Below are positions 10,805-22,330 of a DNA stretch of 64,000 bases, one piece after another. A program made the position numbers and the translations under genes. The number at the start of each line of letters is the position of its first letter. Position 1 is the stretch's first letter. The stretch lies in NCBI GenBank assembly GCA_963786015.1, contig CAWAXO010000009.1, positions 12,855 to 76,854 of the forward strand. The letters are read 5' to 3'. The notes beneath the pieces are model-generated. The model saw only the letters and a list, made by a program, of their open reading frames with translations. It was not told the DNA's origin and searched no databases. Source of the stretch: an uncultured Alphaproteobacteria bacterium. Lineage in GTDB: Bacteria > Pseudomonadota > Alphaproteobacteria > Rhizobiales > Xanthobacteraceae.

Positions 10805-10869
10805 TCAACACCCCGGACTTAACGCTGAAAACGCGGTCGAAATTGCCTAGTTTTTGTAAGAGCTTGGCT

Positions 10870-10884
10870 TTAAGATAAGGTTAT
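10870..10884. promoter_or_regulatory. Near-consensus CtrA box upstream of flaF
   Basis: TTAA-GATAAGG-TTAT. Confidence 0.45.
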
Positions 10885-11049
10885 CGCCTATACCCGTAGT
10901 TGTTCGGACGGAAAATAATTTGCCGGGCGTGTCGCCATGACGCGGCTGCAGCGGTTTTCCCTCAGCGACAAACGCGCAACGCGCGTACGCGGGATCATGC
11001 TCAAATCAAAGACCCAAAGCGCGATGACGATTCATCGCGCTCTATCGCG

Positions 11050-11082
11050 AAAAAAATGGCGAGGTTTCCCCCGCCGTTTTTT
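11050..11082. terminator. Intrinsic terminator after flagellin 1
   Basis: A-tract, TGGCG..CGCCG stem, T-tract. Confidence 0.6.
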
Positions 11083-11103
11083 CGTCGCGACGTGAAGGCG
11101 GCA

Positions 11104-12670
11104 TCAGCGCAGCAGCTGCAGCACGCTGGCCTGTGACTGGTTGGCAAGCGCGAGTGCGGAGACCGCGATCGACTGGCGGGTCGACAGTGCCTGGCTGTTG
11201 GCCGCTTCCTCGTTGGTGTCGGCCAGCGTCAGGTTGGACGCACCGGTCTGCAGAACGTTGATCAGGTTCTTCGAGAAATCCTGGCGGATCTGCACGATCG
11301 AGAGGTTGGAGCCGAGCGCCGAGGCTTCCGAGCGCAACGTCGTCGAGGCCGAGTCCAACGCGGTCAGCACCTTGTTCGCGGAGTTGCTGTCCAGGAAGTC
11401 GGTGCCCACGGCCAGCGTCGAGAGCCCGAGGCCGGCATCGTTGAAGGTCACGCCCTGGATGTTCAGTGTCGACCGGCCGGTCTCGTTGAACACGAGCTTC
11501 AGCGTGTCGCCGTTCAGGAGATTGATGCCGTTGAAGGAAGCGTCCTGCGCCGTGGTGTTGATCTGCGCCAGCACGTTATTGTACTGCGAGACCAGGTTGG
11601 CGCGGGTGGCCTGTGAATTGGGATCGACCACCGGCGGCGGTGCGGTAACGCTCGCGAAGGCCTGCCCAGTCAGGGTCGCCGATCCGCCGAATGCGCCGAT
11701 CGTCGACGCAGCCGCGTCATTCGACGTGATGATGTTGAGCACGCCGGTCGTGCTGATACTGGCCTGCAGATTGTTCGAGGCCAGCGCCGCGTTGAGCGCA
11801 TTCAGCGTCGAAATCTGTCCGGGACCGGTGCCGAAGGTGATGCTGGTCGGCGTCCCGCCGCCCGTGGCGCCGATGCTGAGCGTCTCACCCGCCAATTGAG
11901 GTTGACCGACATTGGTGGTGGCGGCAGTGAGACCGAGCTTGGCCAGGGCCGAGCCGGCGATCGTCAGATTCTGGGCGGTGCCGGTGTTGAGCACGATCTT
12001 GCCGCCGCTGATCGAAGAGGCCGTCGTCGTGCCCGTGACCGCGTCGATTGCAGACAAGAGGTGCGACACGCTGTCGCCGATGCCGATATTGGTGCCGGCG
12101 CTGACCGAGCCGGCAACGAAGGTGAACGTGACACCGTCCACCGTCAGCGTGTCACCGGTTGTGATGGCGCTCGAGAGGTCGTTCGAAGTGGAGCTGCCGG
12201 TGCCCGACAGCAGGGTCGAGCCGCTGATCGCGGCAGCCGTGGTGTTGTCGTTGCTGACCGGACGTGCCGGTCACGGTTGCGTTGGTGTTGGCACCCAGCA
12301 GATTTTGCGCGGTTGCACCCGGTATCGTCGCCGAAGAGACGTTCGATTTGGTGGTGTAGCCGGTCGGGCTTTGCAGCACCTGGTTGGCGATCGACTGGGC
12401 GTTGGACACCAGCTGCTGAAGCGAGGTCAGGCCGGTGTTGGCCGCCTGCAGCACCTGGACACCGTTGCCGATCCCGTCAAGAAGGTTGGAGATGTCACTT
12501 GCGCGGTTGTTGAGGGACTGCGCTGTGAAGAATTCGGTCGGGTTATCGAGTGCCGTGTTGACCTTGTTACCGGTGGCCAGATTGTTTTGTGTCTTCGCGA
12601 GCAGCGACGCCGTCGACTGCAGCGCGAGCAGGTTCTGGCGAACTGATGCGCTAAGAACAATACCGGACAT
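11104..12670 (-). CDS. fliC: Flagellin 1 (~520 aa; +1 indel near 12260)
   Basis: MSGIVLSASVRQNLL..LATG.KVN.ALDNP; C-terminal DASFNGINLL, LADTNEEAANSQALSTRQ...QLLR. Confidence 0.92.
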
Positions 12671-12717
12671 GTGTCGAACCTTCCTAGTTAACCATCACAT
12701 CTTCTAGGCGGACACAT

Positions 12718-12743
12718 TTAAAGTATAGTTAACGTCGGCTTAA
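12718..12743. promoter_or_regulatory. Tandem CtrA boxes upstream of flagellin 1
   Basis: TTAA-AGTATAG-TTAA-CGTCGGC-TTAA (two overlapping TTAA-N7-TTAA). Confidence 0.75.
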
Positions 12744-12815
12744 ATTATTGGATTAACAAATCCTTACCTGATTTTACCGCGACTTTTCGGGGTCTTAGCA
12801 CCCGTCGCGGGAACC

Positions 12816-12851
12816 AAAAAAATGAGAACGGCGGGGTTTCCCCCGCCGTTC
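12816..12851 (-). terminator. Intrinsic terminator after flagellin 2
   Basis: GAACGGCGGG/CCCGCCGTTC stem followed on the minus strand by a T7 tract. Confidence 0.75.
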
Positions 12852-12878
12852 GAGTTCACGTTCTGAAGGTTTTCGATA

Positions 12879-14448
12879 TCAGCGCAGGAGCTGCAGCACG
12901 CTCGATTGCGACTGGTTGGCGAGCGCGAGCGCGGAGACCGCGATCGACTGGCGGGTCGACAGCGCCTGGCTGTTGGCCGCTTCCTCGTTGGTGTCGGCCA
13001 GCGTCAGGTTCGACGAACCGGTCTGCAGAACGTTGATCAGGTTCTTGTTGAAGTCCTGACGGATCTGCACGATCGAGAGGTTCGAACCGAGCGAAGAAGC
13101 TTCCGAGCGCAGCGTGGTCGACGCGGCGTTGAGAGAAGACAGCGCCTTGTTGGCCGAGGAGTTGTCCAGGAAGTCGGTTCCGCTCACCAGCGTCGAGAGG
13201 CCGAGGCCGGCGTCGTTGAACGTCACGCCGGTGATGCTCAGGGTCGACTTGCCGGTCTCGTTGAACACGAGCTTCAGCGTGTCGCCATTGAGCAGGTTGA
13301 CGCCGTTGAAGGAGGCATCCTGCGCCGTGGTGTTGATCTGCGCCAGCACGTTGTTGTACTGCGCGACCAGGCTTGCCCGCTGCGCCTGCGAGGTCGGATC
13401 CGCAACAGCCGCCGCAGGGGTCAGGCCGGTGAAGGCCTGGCCGCTTGCCGTGGACGTCCCGGCGACCGCGCCGATCGTCGACGAGGCAGCATCGTTCGAT
13501 GTCGTGATGCTGATCTTGCCGGTGGAGTCGATCAACGCCTGCAGGTTGTTTGCCGCCAGTGCCGCATTGAGGCCGTTCAGCGTCGAGATCTGGCCGGTGC
13601 TGGTACCGAAGGTGATGCTGGTCGCCGTGCCGCCGCCGGTCGCAGCGATGGTCAGCGTCTCGCCACTCAGCGCGGACGGCCCGAGATTGGTCGTGGCAGC
13701 CGTGAGGCCGAGCTTGGCCAGCGCGGTGCCGGCGAGGACCAGGTTCTGCGTAGTACCGGTGGAGAGCACGATCTTGCCGCCCGAGATCGAAGAGGCAGTG
13801 CTGGCACCGGTCACGGTATCGATGGCCGAGAGCAGGTGGGTCAACGAGTTGCCGATGCCGATATTGGTGCCCGAGCTCGTGGTGCCGGCGACGAAGGTGA
13901 AGGTCGTGCCGTCGACGGTCAGCGTGTCACCGGTGGTGATGGCGCTGGCAGAGGTCGTTCGAGGTCGAGCTTCCGGTGCCCGACAGCAGGGTCGAGCCGC
14001 TGATCGCAGCAGCCGTGGTGTTGTCGTTGCTGACGGAGCTGCCGGTCACGGTCGCGTTGGTGCCGCCCGTGCCAAGCAGGTTGTTGGCAGTCGCACCGGT
14101 GATGACGGCCGAGGTGATCGTGGACTTGGTGGAGTAGCCGACCGGGCTCTGCAGCACCTGGTTGGCGATCGACTGGGCGCTGGAGACGAGGTTCTGCAGC
14201 GACGTGATGCCGGTGTTGGCAGCCTGCAGCACCTGCACGCCGTTGCCGATACCATCGAGCAGATTGGAGATGTCGCTCGCGCGGTTGTCGAGGCCCTGCG
14301 CGGTGAAGAAGTTGGTCGGATTATCGAGGGCCGAGTTGACCTTCTTACCGGTGGCGAGGTCGTTCTGGGTGGTCGCGAGCAGCGAAGCGGTGGACTGCAG
14401 CGAGAGCAGGTTTTGACGAACCGACGCCGAAAGAACAATACCGGTCAT
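12879..14448 (-). CDS. fliC: Flagellin 2 (~520 aa; +1 indel near 13950)
   Basis: Paralog of flagellin 1 with the same terminal motifs; ORFs 13927-14448 and 12879-13844 join. Confidence 0.92.
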
Positions 14449-14513
14449 TATTCATACCTTTCTGGTGTGAAACGCAAACACAACGTCCCGACCTTCTTGG
14501 TCGAGTGACACGG

Positions 14514-14529
14514 GCAACGCTGCGGCCAA
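14514..14529 (-). promoter_or_regulatory. sigma54 promoter of flagellin 2
   Basis: Minus strand TTGGCCGCAGCGTTGC = GG-N10-GC with TTGC at -12. Confidence 0.65.
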
Positions 14530-14669
14530 ACGTCTAAAAAAACATGAAGCAGACTCAACCCGCGATTCTCGTGCGGCCTTCTCACGGCGCCTGAGTGCAA
14601 TCCTCACCGGCCGCGCGGCACCGCCAATGCCCTTGATACGATTGGACAATTAAAAAGCCGATGGCCGCG

Positions 14670-14685
14670 TTAACCGCGCATTAAC
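14670..14685. promoter_or_regulatory. CtrA box upstream of flbT
   Basis: TTAA-CCGCGCA-TTAAC, perfect consensus. Confidence 0.75.
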
Positions 14686-14800
14686 CTTGATCGGAAACGA
14701 TCGCGTCGAATTGGCCAGAAAGCACCGGCGTCTCATCCGACCGATACTTTCGAACCGCTGTCATTGATCACCGGCGTCGCCAACGCCAACGGAGAACGAT

Positions 14801-15226
14801 ATGGCCCTGAAGGTCGAACTGAAGCCGCATGAGCGGATCATCATCGGTTCCTGCGTGATCACCAACACCGATCAGCGCGCCCGTCTGCTGATCGACGGCG
14901 ACAACATTCCGATCCTGCGTGAAAAGGACATCCTGACGCCGGAGACCGCCGATTTGCCGGCCAAGCTGATCTATCTGGCGGTCCAGTTGATGTACATCTC
15001 GCCGGACGCGCGCGCCAATCACGGCACCTATTTCAACTTGATCCGTGACCTCGTCACCACCGTGCCGAACGCCTGGCCGATCATCGAGGCCATCAACAAC
15101 CACATCCTGAACGGCGATCTCTATCAGGCGCTCAAGGAAGCCAAGAAACTGGTCGCTTTCGAAAAGGGCCTGCTGGACCAGGCCGAGGAACTGCAGAAGA
15201 CGCGCGACGTCAGCACGGCTGCCTGA
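14801..15226 (+). CDS. flbT: Flagellar biosynthesis regulator FlbT
   Basis: MALKVELKPHERIIIG, ILREKDILTPE.A..PAK.IY, YQALK.AKKLV.FE. Confidence 0.95.
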   Translation: MALKVELKPHERIIIGSCVITNTDQRARLLIDGDNIPILREKDILTPETADLPAKLIYLAVQLMYISPDARANHGTYFNLIRDLVTTVPNAWPIIEAINNHILNGDLYQALKEAKKLVAFEKGLLDQAEELQKTRDVSTAA

Positions 15227-15281
15227 CACAGCGCGTTTCGCATCGCCGAAACAAGTCACCGTGTGCCTCGACCGCCGCAGG

Positions 15282-17080
15282 TCAGGCGACGATTGCTCCA
15301 GTGCAAAATTCAGATAATTCGGAGCGCACCCGTTCGATCACGCCCGCGAAGTCTCCCGCGCTGGTCTGCCTGAACAGCCGCACCGCCGGATACCAGGGGC
15401 TGTCGTCACGATTCAACAGCCAGCGGTAATCCGGCGTGTGAGCAAGCATGATCCACGTCGGACATCCCAAGCTCCCGGCGAGGTGAGCAATGCTGGTGTC
15501 CACGGTAATGACCAGATCTAGGCAGGACACGAGCGCGGCCGTCTCGCTGAAATCAGTGAGGTGGATGGTCAGGTCAACGATATCGGTCCGCTCAAGCACC
15601 ACGGCATCATCTGGACGCGGGTCTTTCTGTAGACTCAAGAAAGTCGCGTCGACATCCAGAATGCCCGTCAGCAGCCGCAAGGGAATCGACCGGTTGTGAT
15701 CGTTCGCATGAGCAGGACTGCCGCACCACGCCAGGCCGATGCGCAATTTGTCATGCGGACCAAGGCGCTCTTCCCAGGCCTTTATACGCTCGGCGGGAGC
15801 GGATAGACGGATCGGCGGCGGAATGGTGTCGAGCGACGTCCTGAACGCGAGCGGCAAACTCATGACGGGGCAGCGAACGTCCACGGCAGGCAGCGTCGCG
15901 GCAGAGCTTGGGAGACAGCATGACGACCCGAGCGATGCCGACAAAAGAGCATGCAGTGAATCCTGAACGACGAGAACGGCGCGAGCGCCGCGTGCCGCCA
16001 GCATCGGCGCGTAGCGTATGAACTGAATCGTGTCCCCAAGCCCCTCGTCCGGGTAAATGAGGATGGTCTTTCCTTCGATGCTTTCCTCACCCAGCCAGGC
16101 GGGCTCCGGACCAGTCGGGAAGGCAATCGGAAAATCCGGAATTCGCCAGCGGGCTTCGCGCCGGCTCCAGCCGGCTTCGAAATTTCCGAGCAACAGGTCA
16201 ACGTGCGCTATATCGAGTTCGACCTTGGCGCGGTTGGTTGGATCGATGGAAATGAGGTGATTGTAGATTGCATAGGCTTCATCGAAGCGGTGCATTCGCC
16301 TGAGGACCACGGCCCTGCTTTCGAGCGCCAATGTGAGAGATGGCGCAAGTGCGAGCGTGCGATCGAACCATTCCAGCGCCTCTTCCAAGCGACCGAGCAG
16401 GAAAAGCGCATCACCGACGTTGTGGCATATTTCGGCGTCCTTCGGATCAAGCGCATGCGCCCGCCGGCCGTCAGCGAGATAGTCCTCGAACCGCTTCAAG
16501 CCGCGTGACACGAGCGAACGCGCCGCCAATGTCGGGGCATGATGCGGCCGCAATTCGTCGCACAGGTCGAAGTGAACGAGCGCCTCATCCAGTCTCCCCG
16601 TCCGCTGGAGAAGCAGCGCGCACCGGCACGCGGCCTCCAGATGACGCGGGTCGAGCTTGAGCGCGTGCTGAAAGCACAACACCGCGTCCAGACGGCCGTT
16701 TCAACTCTTCGAGTACGGCACCAAGATTTGTCCAGAGCCCCGCATCGTCCGGCCTGAGCTGAACTGCCTTGTCCAAGGCCTTGGACGCCTCTTCAAGTCG
16801 TCCCGAGCGATGTAATGCGGTGCCTAAGGAGGAGACGTATTCCGCCTTCGGCGCTTGAGCGATCGCGCGGGCGAGCCACTCCACCGCAAGCTCATGTTGC
16901 GCGACGTGCAGGGACAGCAGGCCCATCAAGTGACAGGCGTCCGCGCAATCCGGATCGATCGCGAGCGCCTGCCGGCAACAGACCTGGGCATCGAGCAATC
17001 GGCCGGCGCTTCAGATGGAGAAGGCCAGTTTCGCACAGCACCGCCGACGGACATTCCAACGTTGGCAACGTGTCAATCAC
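15282..17080 (-). CDS. TPR-repeat protein with C-terminal GT9-like glycosyltransferase domain (frameshifted near 17010 and 16690)
   Basis: Multiple TPRs; EGLGDTIQFIRY, IGLAWCGSP.H.ND..RS, DF.ETAALV..LDLVITVDTS.AHLAG, YRW...RDDSPWYP. Confidence 0.85.
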
Positions 17081-17103
17081 TGAGGTGATGGAACGTCTCC
17101 CTT

Positions 17104-18609
17104 CTAAGTCGCCAGCGGCGGCGATTCGATCTCCACGACGTCGGCCACTTTCCTCGCACCGAATTCGAGCACGGCGTCGACCAGCGCATCGATATCGCAG
17201 ACATCCGTGCGGTGATTGACGATCGCGGCGCGGATCGCGAGCCGGCCATCCAGAACCGTCGTCGACGGTGCGGCAATGCCGGATTCCTGGATGTCGATGA
17301 CGATCTCGCCGTTGACCGTGTTGGCATCGTCGGCGCGATAGCGGAAGCAGACGATGTTGAGATTGACCGGCGCCAGCAGCTCGAGCCTTGGCTCGGCCAG
17401 GACCCGCTGCCTCGAGATAGCTCGCCAGCGCGCAGCAGCGCGTGATGACCGCGCCGAGCTTCTCGGTGCCGAAGGTCTTGAGCGTGAACCAGGTCTTGAG
17501 CGCGCGGAATCCGCGCGACAGATCGGGGCCGAGATCGCACGGCCAGATCGAGCCCGCCGCAAGTCCACGGGTCTCCCGCCGAAGATAGGCCGCGGGCGCA
17601 GCAAAGGCGTCGCGGTGCCGTTCGCCGTCGCGCACCAGCAGGAAGCCGGCGTCGTAGGGCACCTGACCCCATTTGTGGAAATCCAGCGCAATCGAGTCCG
17701 CCTGCTCGATGCCGGCAAGCCGCGGCGCCAGCACATCCGAGAGAATTGCGAGCGCGCCGAAGGCGCCGTCGACGTGAAACCAGAGCTGCTCGTCCCGGCA
17801 CAGCGCGGCAAGTGCTGCGAGATCGTCGATCGCACCGACATCCACGGTCCCGGCCGATGCCGACCACCAGGAACGGCCTCAGCCCGCTCGCGCGATCGCG
17901 CGCGATCTGCGCGCGCAGCGCGGCCACATCGATGCGATGCGCCTGATCGATCGCGATGCATCGCAGCGCATCGCTGCCGAGGCCCGCGATGTCCATCGCC
18001 TTGCTGATGCAGCCATGCGCAGCCTTCGACGTATAGGCGGTCAGCCGCGCGCCTTCCTCGCCGAGGCCATGCTGCCGGACGTCCTGCCCCAGCGCCGATC
18101 TCCGCGCCACCACGACCGCCATCAGATTGGCCATCGAGGTGCCGGTGACGAAAATTCCGCTGGCGCCGGCGGGAAAGCCGAACATCTCCGCCGTCCACGC
18201 AACGATCTGCCGCTCGACCTCGATCGGCATATGATCGCGGCCGCCGAGATTGGCGTTGAGCCCGGCCGCCAGCATTTCCGCGAGCATGCCGACCGCGGAG
18301 CCGCCGCCATGGACCCAGCCCATGAAGCCGGGATGCACATTTCCGGTCGCGTATGGCGCGATGCAATCGCTGAACACGCGATAGACCTCGCCGAGCCCGG
18401 ACGGCTCGACGCGGCAATGCCTCGCCAAATTGCGCGCGAACCGCGTCGGGGATCGGCTGCCAGACCGGACCCGCGCGGATCGTCGCGATATGATCGATCA
18501 TGTCGTCGAGCATGCGATGCCCGAGCGCGCGGATCTCGTCCCAGTCGCGCGGATCGAGCGTCGTGCCCGCGTCGGACTGCATCGGCGTTTCGCGCAACCG
18601 AATGGTCAT
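17104..18609 (-). CDS. Group II PLP-dependent amino-acid decarboxylase (3 indels)
   Basis: HPGFMGWV, GIFVTGTSMAN, WFHVDGAFG, DSIALDFHKW (PLP lysine), LSRGFRALK, LNIVCFRY. Confidence 0.9.
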   Translation of the reverse strand: MTIRLRETPMQSDAGTTLDPRDWDEIRALGHRMLDDMIDHIATIRAGPVWQPIPDAVRAQFGEALPRRAVRARRGLSRVQRLHRAIRDRKCASRLHGLGPWRRLRGRHARGNAGGRAQRQSRRPRSYADRGRAADRCVDGGDVRLSRRRQRNFRHRHLDGQSDGGRGGAEIGAGAGRPAAWPRRGRRAADRLYVEGCAWLHQQGDGHRGPRQRCAAMHRDRSGASHRCGRAARADRARSRERAEAVPGGRHRPGPWMSVRSTISQHLPRCAGTSSSGFTSTAPSARSQFSRMCWRRGLPASSRRTRLRWISTNGVRCPTTPASCWCATANGTATPLLRPRPIFGGRPVDLRRARSGRAISAPICRADSARSRPGSRSRPSAPRSSARSSRAAARWRAISRQRVLAEPRLELLAPVNLNIVCFRYRADDANTVNGEIVIDIQESGIAAPSTTVLDGRLAIRAAIVNHRTDVCDIDALVDAVLEFGARKVADVVEIESPPLAT

Positions 18610-19878
18610 GCCGCCTGCTCCCGCGCCTGTGCGACGCGACGTTCCAGCATCGCAACGAAAGCCGTGAAGATCTTTTGCATCTGCGGCGGCTTGTAGGGAA
18701 AGATGTCAGGCAGATCCATGTTGTGCACGACCGCGGTGTTGTCGGCCTCGAAGATCAGCAGCGAGCCGTCCTTTGTCTCCGCGCAGTCCACGATGAAATA
18801 ATCGAGGCCGACGCGCGCGGCCATCGTGGCGAGCGCCGTGCGATGGCGGCGGCCGAAGCCGATATCGAAGGTCGACATGAAGGTCCCCTCTTCCAGACGC
18901 TTGTTCGCATCGCCGGCCATGCCGGCGTTCAGGTACCAGATGTCCCAGCGATCGGCGATCGCCATGTGGCAGGCGTAAGGTTTGCCATCGACGAAGACGA
19001 TGCGATATTTGCGGAACAGTCCGTCCTCGCTGGAATAATCGACAAAGCGCGCGACGAAAAATTCCTGCGCCTGGCTGGCATCGAGGTAGCGCTGCAGCGC
19101 CATCGCGTCGTCGATCCTGGCAAGCCCGACGCCGGCATGCGAGCCGCGCGGCCGGATGATCAGTGGAAAGACAAGATCGCTTGCGATCCTCGCCAGCGCA
19201 CCGGCCGATTTCGCAGCCTCCGACAACTGCGCGCGGGTCGCGTGCAGCGTTGCCGGGATCGCGAGGCCGCAGATCCCCTCGAGCAGCCGATACAGCTTGT
19301 CACGGTCGAGATGTCCGATCCGTTTCGGCGGATTGAGCAGCGGCCGCGGCCAGCGCGAGGCCACGGCGTCGATCTTCCGCAGTGCATCGCGGCAATCTTC
19401 CGAATCCGAGGCGATCACGATCGCGACGTCATGTGCGGGCAGCATCGGCGGAAGCTCGGCCTCACCGATCACGTAAAGCACCGTCAGCTCGATGCTCGAA
19501 CTCTTCCAGCAGGAATTCGATCGGCGTGTTGCTGCCCATGTCGGTCGACGCGGCGAGCGCCAGCACCCGCATCGTCGGGTTCACGGTGCGACAGGGCAAT
19601 CGGAACAGCCGGTGCGACAGCAGCACGTCGTGCTGGAGCGCAAGGCCTGCATCCTTGTGGCCGAGAAGCTGCGCGATCAGCGACAGGTCGATCGCTTCAC
19701 CCGCGTCAGACTTGCCGTCGAGCAGCCTGCCGCTCAGCTCCGCCCACATCGGGCGGAGATCGCCGCCGTCGAATGCGAGCTTGGCGAGCTTGGCCATGCC
19801 GATCCGCGCGAGGCAATCGGAGCCGCCATCGTCTGCGATATCAAGAAGCCCGTCTGTCATTTCGGCACCATGTCCCAC
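18606..19878 (-). CDS. ATP-grasp (RimK-like) ligase-family protein (indel near 19495)
   Basis: FPLIIRPRGSHAG.GL, FVDY...DG.FRKYRI, GLDYF.VDCAE..DG.LLIFEAD. Stop overlaps the decarboxylase ATG. Confidence 0.75.
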
Positions 19879-21476
19879 TCAACCCGCGCGACGAAGCAGC
19901 AATTCGATCTTTGCGATCACGTTCGCGGCGCGGTCCAATTGCAGCAGCAGATTTCGCTCGGCGACGGCCGCATCCGCCGACCATGCATCAATGACGTGAC
20001 GCGCGCCGACGCAGAGCCGCAGCGCCGCGATCGACGCTCCACCTTGCGACTGCAGCGCGACAGGCTGACCGATCAGGCAGCGGCATGCCGCGACATCGCG
20101 ATCGGCAGCGCTTGCCGCAGTGGTCTCGCGCAGATCGTGCATCAGCGCGTGATGAAGCTCGCGGCCGCCTTCCGTCGAGAGCGGACCGCCGCCGCCATGA
20201 ACCGTGAACGGAAGGATCGTAGGGACGGCAAATTCGTCATCGTCCGTGCTCGACGTCGCCGGTTCGATCAGCCGGAGCGAGGGCGACAGTGCAATCAAGC
20301 TCTTCAATCCGGCGCTCAACTCCCCGACCGCCCGCGCGCGAAATGCGTCGGGCAGACGGTAATAGGCGCCGATCTCCTCCAGCGCGGCTTCCCAGCGCAG
20401 CCACTGGCCGAAATTCAGGCGACTTGGAAAGCGCGCCCTGAGGCTGGTCCAGCCCTTCGGCCAATCGCTGCGGCTGGCATAGTCCAAAAGCCCGGGCGCG
20501 ATCCTCGCGCCGCCATCCAGCGCTCGCGAAAGACGTGAGGGGATCAACAGCGCGCCGCTGAACGCCGGTCCGCCGAAATATTTCGAGCCGGTGACCAGCA
20601 CCATGTATCCGCGATCGAGATAGGCCCGCATCCGCCTTCGGCCGAGCCGCATCTGGCAGGCGTCGACGACGACCTGCACCCTGCCCGGCCACTTCCGCGC
20701 GATCTCGTCGAGACAGGTCTCTCCCGGCGCGCGCCAGCCGAGCTTCGAGGAATCCATGACCTGCAGCAGCACCGCCGCGCCACCCCTGATCGCGGTTTCG
20801 ACCGCGGCAAGGACTGCCGCATCGATATCCGTCCGCAACCTGATATCCGACGTGCCGTCGCACAGCGGCAGCGCGATGCTGTCGCCGCGCAGGCCGGCCA
20901 CCGCGCCGTCCTTGTCGACGGCCTTTCCGTTCGCGGTCCGCACGCTGAAATGGCGCCCGCGCGCGGTATGGACGGTGCCGCTTCCGGTCTGGTCCGATCC
21001 GACCACGATCGTCGTCACCCTCTGGCGCAGCAATGTGCGTGCGAGAAACAGGGCCTGAAGCTGCGAGTCGGTTCCCGACGGCGAAAACACGACATCCACT
21101 TCCGCCGCAGAGAGTTGCAAATGCGCGCGCAGCGTCTCGCGTATCTCCTCGAGACGCGTGTCGTAAGCCTCCTCGAATCCGGATTCGATGGCCGAGCGCA
21201 TCAGCTCCTCGCGCGCGAACGCAACGCGCGCATAGGCCCGTTCCGAGATCGGCGAGGCCGTGCTGGAGGCGAACGCGACAATCTCGGGCGCGGGCGATGG
21301 CCCGCAGCCATAACCGTTGACGCGAGACACCGGGTCGAGCGTCACGCGGGGATCGCCACCGCGCACGAGCAGATCATCCAGCGGCGCGAACAGGTCGCGC
21401 GGGCCATCCGGGCGCTCGCCGCCGCCCGGCCGAAGGAGGGCCCCAAGGCCCGTGATCGCCGAACGGCGCGCATCAT
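19879..21476 (-). CDS. Uncharacterised fold-type-I PLP-dependent enzyme (indel near 21410)
   Basis: FSPSGTD, VVVDACQ, VTGSKYFGGP (probable PLP lysine) resemble class V aminotransferase motifs. Confidence 0.65.
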
Positions 21477-21486
21477 CTGCCTTCTC

Positions 21487-22270
21487 TCAGGCGGCGTTTG
21501 CCGCGAGCGGCGGCGCGGCTGTGAATTGCGAGGCGACCTCGCCGTGAAACACCGACTGGTCCGACATGATCGAGACGGCTGTCGAGATCGGCCCAGATCT
21601 CGCCGCCGATATCGGTCCAGCGCTTGCAGAAGGCGAAATCCTCGCTGAGATAGGTGCCGGTCTGAGGATCGATCATGCATTCGAACAGCGCGAAGCGGTT
21701 GGCGCTGCCGGCCAGCACGTCCTGCGAATGCTCGCGGAAGAACTGCAGGGACGCGTAATCCGGATGCCGGCACATCTTTTCCAGCACATGGCGCCGGATC
21801 ATCAGGAAGCCGGTGCCGGCGTAGCGCACGCGGGTAAAGCCGTTGACGGCCACGACCTCGTCGGGATTATCGACTTCGAGCACGTAATCGAGCGAGGCGG
21901 CCGGAAGGTCCATCCGGTTGGCATCGAGCGCCCGCCGCGCCTTGGTCCAGTTGACCCGCTTGATCGGATAGACGCCGGCGACGACATCGGCGCCGGATTC
22001 GATCAGGCGGAACACCTGTTCCGGCTTGAATCCGATATCGGCATCCACGAACAGAAGATGGGTCGCCTGGGGATCATCGAGGAACAGCGTGACGAGATTG
22101 GCGCGCGCCCGCGTGATCAGCGCATCGCCGTCGCGCAAGTGCACCTTCAAATCGACATTCGACATGGAGCGCAGCGCGCGCTGCAGGCCGAAAATCGAGC
22201 TCGTATAGATGCTCGACACCTGGCCTCCGAAGCAAGGCGTCGCAACCACAAGATGGATCTGATCAGTCAT
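21487..22270 (-). CDS. GT-A fold glycosyltransferase-like protein (indel near 21560)
   Basis: VVATPCFGG, LITRARANL, HLLFVDADI (DxD), GTGFLMIRR, YLSEDFAFC, LDHVG. Confidence 0.75.
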
Positions 22271-22330
22271 GACACACTCCGAAACGGCGGGCGCGGCCCG
22301 CACTCCTCAACAAAACGTAAACAGACGTGG

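Noticed and set aside
10991-11046. Possible MITE remnant (GATCATGCTCAAA...GCGCGATGA..TCATCGCGCTCTA) resembling IS630 ends
   Set aside because: Too short and degenerate to support without a search.
15282-22270. Siderophore or RiPP cluster
   Set aside because: No NIS synthetase, monooxygenase, TonB receptor, exporter or precursor peptide; two glycosyltransferases and the flagellar context argue otherwise.
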